Source: Acaryochloris marina MBIC11017 (GTDB lineage: Bacteria > Cyanobacteriota > Cyanobacteriia > Thermosynechococcales > Thermosynechococcaceae). From it: a stretch of 32,000 bases of DNA. A model generated the notes under the pieces. It was not told the DNA's origin and did no database searches. It saw only the letters and a list, made by a program, of their open reading frames with translations. The translations under genes were made by a program, and so were the position numbers. This document shows positions 1 to 7,494 of the stretch, in pieces (the first letter of the stretch is position 1; each line of letters starts with the position of its first letter). The DNA lies in contig NC_009925.1 in NCBI RefSeq assembly GCF_000018105.1, positions 4,710,001-4,742,000 of the forward strand. Reading direction: 5' to 3'.

Positions 1-588
1 GATAGCCTAACTCTAGCTAATGGTGAATAACCATCTTTCTATAGATGATTTGAAACGTTTTGGCGTCCAAATAACATCATCCTTCAATCCTGAATACAAC
101 AGCTCTGCAAAAATGTTTCCTGTATGTACATTTATGTACATTCCAAAATCAAAGAGGTCTTATGCATTTTTGGTGGAAGAAATTGAGTTCTAAGGTAAGT
201 TATGGCTGACTAGGCGATACATCGGACCGCTAAGCAACCGGTTATTTGAGAAGTTATTTACCCTAACTCCCATCTCAGATCACCAAAAGAGGGCAAGTCC
301 CAATTAGATGCATCCATTGTTAATGGTCTCATCCAGTGAACCTAGTTATCTTAATCTCAAAGCTTGCTGAAGACTCGCATAATATCAGGATTTTTCCTTG
401 ATAATTAGCCGATATCTGTTACGAACACAGCCATGCCTGAACCCTTTACCCTGACAGTCGCTTCTATGATCACAATAAATTCAAGTCACAAACTCAGAAA
501 AGAGATAATGCATCGTGAAAATTGAGGCTAAAGGCCAAATTCCATATCTGATGATTTCTGTTTTATATTCAACATCTGGTGCTAAAAC

Positions 589-1500
589 ATGAATAAGCAA
601 GGTAAATGGTTGAGAGAACCAAAGAATGGCCTTAACGTGGTGTTTATTCATGGGATTCACTCAAGCGATGATTGCTGGAGATCCAAAAACGGGACTTACT
701 GGCCGAATTTACTAAAAGCTGAAGGTGAATTAGATGATATAGGAATCTACTTGTTTTCCTATCAAACTGGATTCAATGCAGGTTCCTATAGTTTGGGGGA
801 CATCGTTGACTCTTTATATGAGCATATAACTAATTTTGATCAGGTCTTGGATAGCGATCGAGTTATCTTTGTGTGCCATAGTATGGGAGGTATTATCGCA
901 AGGCGATTCCTGGTTAGAGAAGAATCGAACTTAATTGATAAAGGACTAAAACGCATTGGTTTGTTTCTGGTGGCATCTCCCTCATTAGGTTCTGATTATG
1001 CCAATATGCTTGCCCTTGTATCAGAATTTTTCGGGTATACACAAGCAAAGACTTTGAAATTTTCCCAGAATAATGTCTGGCTCAATGATTTGGACAATGA
1101 TTTTATTAACCTCAAAGATGCGAATAGATTAAATATTAAGGGGCAAGAACTCATTGAAGCTTTACCCATTAAAATCATTCGTTTCTTTGGCTTCAAAAAA
1201 CAAATTGTGGAACCATTCTCAGGCGCAAGATATTTTGGCAGATCCTATAAAGTAGCTGGTTCAGATCACATCACAATCGCCAAGCCTGAGGATAAATATG
1301 CAGACCAGCATCGCTTACTGATTAATTTCATCAAGGATTTTGAAAAACCCTACAATTTATCTAAAACCCAAGCATCAGAGACACAAGACCTATCAAATCC
1401 CACAAAAAGAGATCAAGAAAATCAAATTAGATTGCAGTTCAATAATGAGATATCTGGTGGGGTAGTAAACCAAGCAGAAACTATCAATATTCAGAATTGA
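589..1500 (+). CDS. alpha/beta-hydrolase fold protein (lipase/esterase-like, SesB/PGAP1 type) with N/Q/G-rich C-terminal tail; candidate effector module of the downstream NB-ARC protein
   Basis: 303-aa ORF. It has VVFIHGIHSS near the N-terminus, the nucleophile elbow CHSMGG (GxSxG) about 70 aa later, then LVASPSLGS. It ends at TGA 1498-1500, which is in frame with ORF 1576..3543. Confidence 0.7.
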   Translation: MNKQGKWLREPKNGLNVVFIHGIHSSDDCWRSKNGTYWPNLLKAEGELDDIGIYLFSYQTGFNAGSYSLGDIVDSLYEHITNFDQVLDSDRVIFVCHSMGGIIARRFLVREESNLIDKGLKRIGLFLVASPSLGSDYANMLALVSEFFGYTQAKTLKFSQNNVWLNDLDNDFINLKDANRLNIKGQELIEALPIKIIRFFGFKKQIVEPFSGARYFGRSYKVAGSDHITIAKPEDKYADQHRLLINFIKDFEKPYNLSKTQASETQDLSNPTKRDQENQIRLQFNNEISGGVVNQAETINIQN

Positions 1501-1575
1501 CTAAAGTCGTCCGACTGGGACCGGACAGAGTTAAATCCCAATATTCATATCCCCAATAATCTTCCCCGTAGTGGT

Positions 1576-3543
1576 GTGATTGCTTTCGAGGGTCGGGAGG
1601 ATCTGCTTACTCAACTCCAAAGCCAGCTCAAGAACAATGAGCTAAGTGGTATCACTGGAGTCAGAGGCATGGGTGGAATCGGGAAAACAGAGCTTGTCCT
1701 CCAGTACGCGATCTCCTGTTTTAACCAACAACTCTATCCTGGGGGTGTTTGTTGGCTTCGGGCGAGAGATCAAGAAATTGCTACTCAAATTATCAGCTTT
1801 GCCAAGGCTAATCTGGGCATCAAACCACCCGATAAACTAGAAACTAAGGAGAAAGTGAAATTCATATGGCAACGATGGCCAGAAGGAGATAGCCTCGTTA
1901 TTGTGGATGATGTCACAGACTATGCTGCTATCGATCCCTATCTACCACCTGCCTCACAGAAATTCAAGATCCTGATTACCACACGCATCAATCTCGGTTC
2001 ATCAGTTACTCAAATAGAGATTGAAAAACTCACTGATCAGGCTGCAATTAAAGTACTAAAAGCCATTGTGGGGAAGGATCGAATAGAGTCACAGCTCACT
2101 TCTGTGAAAACTCTTTGTCAAAAAGTCGGTAATCTACCCCTAGGTTTAGAATTATTGGGACGGTTTCTAGCAAGGAAATTAGATTGGTCTGTTCAAAAGC
2201 TGATTGAAAGACTTGAATCCAAGAAATTAGAAGCGAAAGCCCTCATTGAAACAGAATCAGGAATGACAGCCCGGTTAGGGATTGCCGCTGCGCTGGAATT
2301 GAGTTGGGTAGAGCTAAACGACGCAGAACAGAAACTTGCTTGCTTATTGGGGATGTTTTCTGTCGCTCCCATCTCTTGGCATTTAGTTGAGATGAGTTTA
2401 TCTAAAAAGGATACGGATTGCCTTGAAGAACTCAGAGATGAGGGGTTAATCGACAATAGCTTGCTGAAACGAGTAGGACAAGGCACCTATCAACTCCATC
2501 AAATTATTCAGGAATTCTTTCGAATTAAGTTGAATGAGCGCACTGATAAGGGAGAATCTCTAAAAAAAACTTATTGCAAAGTAATGATTGGTTTTACAAA
2601 GGATATTAGTGACATTCCAACGATTGATGAGATTGATGAGCTGAAGAAAACTATCCCACACCTTGAAGAAATGATTAATCATTGGATTAGTTATCTAGCA
2701 GACGAAGATTTGATCTGGGCATTTGAAGGTATCGGTCGATTTTATGAAGGGCAGGGAGATTTTAGTCTGTCATTATTCTGGAGAAGAAAAGGCGTAAATC
2801 AAACTCAGAAAAAATTAAGTGCTAAGAACCCTGATTATTTACGTAGTCTCAGGCATCTAGGATTGTTTTACTTAAAACTGGGTAATGACAAGGAAGCACA
2901 ACCGCTTTTAGAGAAGGTATTTGAAGAGATAAAAGACTCTGAAGAAGAAGGTGTCTTAGGTATAAGATTACGCAACGATCTAGGAGCACTTTACTTTAGG
3001 CAGGAACGGTTTTCAAAAGCTGAATCATTCTATAATAAGGCACTTGAATTAAGTCAAAAGTCATTATTTAAAGAAAATTCTGATATAGCATCAATCCTCA
3101 ACAACCTTGCAAAAATCCATGAGAAAAAAGGTCTTTCTGAAAAAGCAAAATCTTTATATGATGAAGCTCTAAACCTAGAAGAAATTGGAGATTTTAATTT
3201 CGCACAGATCCTCGATAACTTAGGTAATCACTATAATATGAAAAAACAGTATCGAGAGGCAGAACCTTACTTTGAAAAATCTTTAAAAATAAGAAAGAGT
3301 ACCTTAGGAGAGAAACATCTTAAAGTTGCTGAGAGTCTTAGTAACACTGCTGATAACTATTTTTTTCAAGGACGTTTTCAGGAGGCGGCAAAACTTTTTA
3401 AGCAATCGGCAGCTATTTATGAGGAGTTATTTGATTGCGAATATCACAAAACAGTTGAAGTTAAAAAAAGCTTAGAAATTTGCGATCTAGCGATAAGATT
3501 TTGGTTGATTCGACTAATAATTAAATTGAGATTATGTTTTTAA
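1576..3543 (+). CDS. NB-ARC (STAND) NTPase with C-terminal TPR repeats, bacterial NLR-like protein
   Basis: FEGRE motif, then Walker A GMGGIGKT (1666-1689), Walker B LVIVDDV, ILITTR and the GLPL-type motif GNLPLGLELLG. Several TPR_12-like repeats follow (LNNLAKIHEKKGLSEKAKSLYDEAL, LDNLGNHYNMKKQYREAEPYFEKSL, LSNTADNYFFQGRFQEAAKLFKQS). The called start is GTG with no SD, and the upstream sequence is open in the same frame. Confidence 0.9.
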   Translation: MIAFEGREDLLTQLQSQLKNNELSGITGVRGMGGIGKTELVLQYAISCFNQQLYPGGVCWLRARDQEIATQIISFAKANLGIKPPDKLETKEKVKFIWQRWPEGDSLVIVDDVTDYAAIDPYLPPASQKFKILITTRINLGSSVTQIEIEKLTDQAAIKVLKAIVGKDRIESQLTSVKTLCQKVGNLPLGLELLGRFLARKLDWSVQKLIERLESKKLEAKALIETESGMTARLGIAAALELSWVELNDAEQKLACLLGMFSVAPISWHLVEMSLSKKDTDCLEELRDEGLIDNSLLKRVGQGTYQLHQIIQEFFRIKLNERTDKGESLKKTYCKVMIGFTKDISDIPTIDEIDELKKTIPHLEEMINHWISYLADEDLIWAFEGIGRFYEGQGDFSLSLFWRRKGVNQTQKKLSAKNPDYLRSLRHLGLFYLKLGNDKEAQPLLEKVFEEIKDSEEEGVLGIRLRNDLGALYFRQERFSKAESFYNKALELSQKSLFKENSDIASILNNLAKIHEKKGLSEKAKSLYDEALNLEEIGDFNFAQILDNLGNHYNMKKQYREAEPYFEKSLKIRKSTLGEKHLKVAESLSNTADNYFFQGRFQEAAKLFKQSAAIYEELFDCEYHKTVEVKKSLEICDLAIRFWLIRLIIKLRLCF

Positions 3544-3629
3544 GGTTGTGAAGAATGTCTATTTTTGTAGACTTCAAATTATGAGTAATTATCTAACATG
3601 AATAGCTAGTAAACCTGAAAGTCATTCTG

Positions 3630-4295
3630 GTGGGGGATATTCATGTGGGTAAAAAAAGCATTGAGTGGATAAAAACTAGATTCCCAGATCAGGTTATTTA
3701 TGTGTTGGGTAATCATGAGTACTACGGCAGGGCCTTTCCCAAGCACATTCAGGATCTTAAGCAATTGATCGCAGATACAAATATCCACCTTTTGGAAAAT
3801 GATTGCTTAGTCATCAATGACGTGACATTCCTGGGGTGTACTTTATGGACAAACTTTAAATTGTTTGGTGAACCCAAAATTGCGGGCTACGAGGCGACTC
3901 AGACCATGACGGACTACCGTAAAATTCGTGTGAGCCCGGACTATCGTAAGCTGCGATCCCTTGATACGGCTATCATTCACCAAAAATCCTTGAGCTGGTT
4001 GTCTGAAGAGATCAAGCAGCTCAAGACGATGCGGAGCAAAGTTGTAATTGTGACGCACCATGCCCCCAGTAAACGTTCCATTCCCCATCCCTACCAAGAG
4101 GATATGTTGAGTGCGGCCTACGCTTCACATCTGGACCCGTTTGTTGCAAACTCCCACGCAACAGTATGGGTTCATGGTCATGTCCATGAAGAATATGACT
4201 ATGCCATCGGCAATACGCGGGTGATTTGTAATCCCAGAGGTTACCCAGATGAACCTAATGAACGTTTTATCCCTGATCTTGTGATTGAAATTTGA
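3630..4295 (+). CDS. calcineurin-like metallophosphoesterase
   Basis: Motifs GDIHVG, GNHEYY, VTHHAP and GHVHE occur in canonical order. The true start is uncertain: the frame is open from 3606, and CTG 3615 would give MKVILVGDIHVG. Confidence 0.8.
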   Translation: MGDIHVGKKSIEWIKTRFPDQVIYVLGNHEYYGRAFPKHIQDLKQLIADTNIHLLENDCLVINDVTFLGCTLWTNFKLFGEPKIAGYEATQTMTDYRKIRVSPDYRKLRSLDTAIIHQKSLSWLSEEIKQLKTMRSKVVIVTHHAPSKRSIPHPYQEDMLSAAYASHLDPFVANSHATVWVHGHVHEEYDYAIGNTRVICNPRGYPDEPNERFIPDLVIEI

Positions 4296-4318
4296 CCGCC
4301 ATCAAAGGCGGTTTATAT
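4295..4318 (+). terminator. candidate Rho-independent terminator after the metallophosphoesterase
   Basis: ACCGCC (4295-4300), loop ATCAAA, GGCGGT (4307-4312), then TTATAT. It overlaps the TGA stop. The T-tract is short. Confidence 0.4.
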
Positions 4319-4357
4319 CATCCGCAGAAATTTTGCTCTTTCCGATGAAATGAACCC

Positions 4358-5056
4358 ATGGCTAATTCAGCACTGACGCTTCCCTATTTCGATCTGATTC
4401 TGAAACAACTCGACCAGGGCGACGCTATTTTTGAGCAAGCTTTTGGTCGCCATGTTCATTGGGGCTATTGGGCCAATCCAGATCAGGCTACCTATACGGC
4501 CAAGGATTATGGGGCCGCAGCAGAGCAAATGAGTGTTGAAATTTATTCTGCGGCTCAGGTACAAGACCATCAAACCATTTTGGATGTGGGGTGTGGTGTA
4601 GGGGGCACCGTAGCCAGCTTGAATGAGCGTTTTACGAACGTCAGTTTATTGGGGCTGAATCTGGATGAACGTCAGCTAGCCTATGCCCAACAAACAGTGA
4701 CTGCTCGGCCAGAAAACACCATTGAGTTTGTCCAAGGGGATGCTTGTGCGCTGCCCTTTGCCGATCAATCGGTAGATGCGGTGTTAGCGGTTGAGTGTAT
4801 TTTTCACTTTCCAGATCGCAAGCAGTTTTTGCAGGAAGCGTTGCGGGTGCTTAAACCAGGCGGTTGGTTGGCGATTTCTGATTTTGCACCGTTTGAAATG
4901 GAAGGATGGCCCGCTTTTTTATGGCAGTCAAATCCTGTCTTGCCTAGTTTCTATGGATCGTTTGATGTCACCTACACCCTTCAAAAATATCGGATTTTGT
5001 CTGGGCAGGTTGGCTTTGGGGCAATGCAGTCTAGTATTCCGTCAAAGATTTATTGA
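4358..5056 (+). CDS. class I SAM-dependent methyltransferase (Methyltransf_11-like), 3' end disrupted by IS630-family insertion
   Basis: Motif I ILDVGCGVGG, acidic loop LGLNLDE, post-I GDACALPF and LKPGGWLAISDF. The last ~8 codons (SIPSKIY*) are read from the IS terminal repeat. The original C-terminus continues at 6246..6424. Confidence 0.85.
   Translation: MANSALTLPYFDLILKQLDQGDAIFEQAFGRHVHWGYWANPDQATYTAKDYGAAAEQMSVEIYSAAQVQDHQTILDVGCGVGGTVASLNERFTNVSLLGLNLDERQLAYAQQTVTARPENTIEFVQGDACALPFADQSVDAVLAVECIFHFPDRKQFLQEALRVLKPGGWLAISDFAPFEMEGWPAFLWQSNPVLPSFYGSFDVTYTLQKYRILSGQVGFGAMQSSIPSKIY
5034..5045. repeat. IS630-family terminal inverted repeat (end next to transposase stop)
   Basis: GTATTCCGTCAA matches the reverse complement of 6232-6243 at 10 of 12 positions and is preceded by TA. 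Confidence 0.7.
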
Positions 5057-6174
5057 TGGGTAAAGTCTGTGTAATTTGACCCTGGCATCTTGCGTCGTGA
5101 ACCGCCAGTCAATCCATGTTCCCTTTTGGTTTCGGTGCTCATTCCAAGCCCTCACATGCTTTTGTAAGGTTGGAAAATCAGCAATGCGTTGATCTAAACA
5201 TTGACGAGACAGGATACTTAATTCAATCTCAGCCATATTGAGCCAGCTTCCATGCTTGGGGGTGTAGAAAAATTCGAACCGAGATAAAAGTCTCCTGGCT
5301 TCTTCAGGTTCAAAAGCTTTGTAGAGTGAGGAGGGGGAGTGAATATTGAGATTGTCTTGAACCAGCGTGAGGGTGTGGGCCTCAGGGTAAAACACATCCA
5401 CTAATTCTTTGAGTAGATGAGCATAGTCAATGGCAGTTCGTCGTTGAGTTACTTTCACATATCGCGTGCCTACTATTGGCTCACACAACATAAAGAGATT
5501 GGCTGTGCCCTTACGTTCATACTCATAGTCAACACGTTCGGGTTGACCACGTTGAGCCGCGATGGGTAGAGTGATTTCCTCAACCAATTGCTTGGTGGCT
5601 TCATCCAGACAAATCAAAGGATTCCTCAAGTCATAAGGACGCTCATAAACCGTTAAGAGCTCCTCCATTCGCCAGACAAATTCTGCATTCTGCTGTGGGG
5701 GGATGACCCAACAGGTCTTTCGCCAAGGCTGCAACTCGTTTTTTTTAGAGTTTGTCGGACACTCTCATGACTGAGGTGGTCGATGTAGCCTAATTCCACC
5801 ATCTGGTCTGCGAGTAAGCGTAATGTCCAGCGAGCATGACCAACGGGGGGTTCACTGCAGCGTAAGGCAATCAGATGAGCTTCTTGTTCTCCTTGTATTT
5901 TTCGCTTTCGACCTGCCCCAGAACGTTGATTGATAGCAGCTTCAAGGCCTTCTTCCACAAATCGCATACGCACCCGCTCAATTGTGCGTATGCTGACACC
6001 TATCGCTTCATGAATTTCTCGATCACAGCAACCACCATGAGTTTGGTTAGTATCCGCTTTCAGAAGAATGCGGGCATGATTGATTTGCCGAGCACCTCGT
6101 TTTCCCGTGAACGTGAAATTCTTGAGATACTGTTGCTCTGGCTCACTCAGAGTGACGATGTACCGTTTACCCAT
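5042..6174 (-). CDS. IS630-family transposase, HTH ORF (6174..5653) joined to DDE ORF (5734..5042) by a programmed -1 frameshift
   Basis: ORFA begins MGKRYIVTLSEPEQQYLK and has HTH regions, with AGGAG 6 nt upstream of the ATG. ORFB carries DDE_3-like motifs (CLDEATK, LVQDNLNIH, YTPKHGSWLNMAEIE). A slip on the A8 run gives TLKKNELQPWRKTCWVIPP, the typical IS630 junction. Confidence 0.85.
5739..5746 (-). other. A_AAA_AAA -1 frameshift slippery site (A8 run on minus strand)
   Basis: The minus strand reads ACT CTA AAA AAA ACG in the ORFA frame. The -1 frame continues AAC GAG TTG CAG CCT TGG into the DDE ORF. Confidence 0.65.
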
Positions 6175-6231
6175 GACGTTCTCCTAGAATGCGTCCATTT
6201 CATTCTAGAAAATATACCTGTCAGTCTTTTC

Positions 6232-6243
6232 TTGACTGAACAC
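6232..6243. repeat. IS630-family terminal inverted repeat (end upstream of transposase start)
   Basis: TTGACTGAACAC is the reverse complement of GTGTTCAGTCAA and is followed by TA 6244-6245. Confidence 0.7.
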
Positions 6244-6245
6244 TA

Positions 6246-6424
6246 GGGATGTGACTCAAAATACGCTGCCTACCTATGGATTTTTTCAGCGACTGCCCCT
6301 GGCTATTGAGATTTCACCGGATTTATTACCTGCGATCACACAGACACTACTGCTCGAAGGCACGAGTCGTTTAGGCTTACTTCGCTATATGATTTTGTCG
6401 TGGCAAAAGCCTGACAGCCGCTAA
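6246..6424 (+). pseudogene. displaced 3' remnant of the methyltransferase gene 4358..5033
   Basis: Removing 5034-6245 (IS plus one TA copy) joins ...GFGAMQS to RDVTQNTLPTYGFFQRLPLAIEISPDLLPAITQTLLLEGTSRLGLLRYMILSWQKPDSR*. That adds 59 open codons ending at TAA 6422-6424. Confidence 0.7.
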
Positions 6425-6425
6425 G

Positions 6426-7346
6426 TTATCCCTTTCTCCGAGGATCGATGGAGATAAGCTTAGAATTGATTTCGACATTCTGGGGTCGCTGAATATTCCA
6501 AGCCAAACCCAACATTTGTAAACTGCGAATTAACCACCAGCCTGGATCTACTTGATGAGAACCATGCCCTAACCGAGCTGAGTTAGGAAAGGCATGGTGA
6601 TTATTGTGCCAACATTCCCCCATAGTGAGCAATCCCAAGCCTGGGACGTTATAGCCTTGCACCCCTGCGCCATCAATATGCCAATCACGATGGCCCCATC
6701 GATGGGCAAAATAGCCCACAAGCCAGTGCCCAGTGACACAAACACTCACGCGGACGCAGATTCCCCAGGCCACCCAAGACCAACCTCCAATGATGTAGAA
6801 CACCATTCCCCAAGGCACCTGCTGTAAAAATCGAGTTTTCTCTAACCATTTGTAGAACCTGTTAGTTGCGACCCGCCTTTCATAGTGGATGGCCGGGGGG
6901 TATCGCAAATACAGATCGCAATGCAACAGCCAAAACCAGTCTTTGCAGAGGTTCTGGCGGCTGGCAAAATAATCATGACAGTGAGGGTGCCGTTGCGCCC
7001 AGTCACGCAGCTCATGCATTCGGATAATCGAAAATGGCCCCGCAAACCCCATCAAGGTGCCGCAGTAGACCATGGCTTGTTCTAACCATTGAGGACAGTC
7101 AAAACTGTTATGAATTAAGCGACGATGCATACCCACTGAATGCCCCGCACAGAGGGTGATCACGCTGGTGACGGCAAACAGTAGAAACGCATCGCCTGAA
7201 AAGGTCAGTGGTCCACCGATCAGCGCTCCTAGATACATGCTGCTGATCCAAGCTGATTTTTGAGGAGACCAGCGGACCTGGCCCAAGCAAGGATCAACTT
7301 TGAGATCGCAAGCTTGAATTCTGGCGATATCATGGGCAGTGTTCAT
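6426..7346 (-). CDS. membrane fatty-acid desaturase family protein (acyl-CoA/acyl-lipid delta-9 type, divergent)
   Basis: His boxes GHSVGMHRRLIH and WHNNHHAFPNSARLG, plus AHRWGHRDW, with hydrophobic segments between them. The second His box is atypical. Confidence 0.7.
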   Translation of the reverse strand: MNTAHDIARIQACDLKVDPCLGQVRWSPQKSAWISSMYLGALIGGPLTFSGDAFLLFAVTSVITLCAGHSVGMHRRLIHNSFDCPQWLEQAMVYCGTLMGFAGPFSIIRMHELRDWAQRHPHCHDYFASRQNLCKDWFWLLHCDLYLRYPPAIHYERRVATNRFYKWLEKTRFLQQVPWGMVFYIIGGWSWVAWGICVRVSVCVTGHWLVGYFAHRWGHRDWHIDGAGVQGYNVPGLGLLTMGECWHNNHHAFPNSARLGHGSHQVDPGWWLIRSLQMLGLAWNIQRPQNVEINSKLISIDPRRKG

Positions 7347-7494
7347 CGGGCGGCACCAAATGCTTATCCCCTTTATCTAAACCGGGCTAAGGCTGAGATT
7401 ACGGTTGGGCGAGAGGGGACTTAGGGGTGACTTGAGGTTGAGTTCGAGCCAATGGATGGACGATACAATTTGAGCAAAGCCTCTGCACGAAACA

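Larger units (their letters stand above)
5034..6243 (-). mobile_element. IS630-family insertion sequence (~1.2 kb) flanked by a TA target-site duplication
   Basis: Imperfect terminal inverted repeats are GTATTCCGTCAA (5034-5045) and the reverse complement of 6232-6243, GTGTTCAGTCAA (10/12 match). TA lies at 5032-5033 and at 6244-6245. Internally there are two overlapping transposase frames on the minus strand. Confidence 0.85.

Noticed and set aside
1646-2486. Short ORFs 1646..1840 (+) and 2193..2486 (-) inside the NB-ARC gene
   Set aside because: They overlap a strongly supported CDS and have no motifs.
3553-3575. Hairpin GAA-T-GTCTA / TAGAC-TTC just after the NB-ARC-TPR stop
   Set aside because: It has a bulged 8-bp stem with no following U-tract, in AT-rich DNA. 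The evidence is insufficient to call a terminator. It is noted only because it bears on whether the phosphoesterase is co-transcribed.
5875-6246. 123-aa plus-strand ORF inside the IS element
   Set aside because: It is antisense to the transposase HTH ORF and runs into the terminal repeat. It has no motif, and IS630 elements encode only the transposase.
7435-7460. tRNA-like GTTCGAGCC string
   Set aside because: The flanking bases cannot form a T-stem, and no acceptor or anticodon arms can be drawn. It lies in the divergent promoter region.
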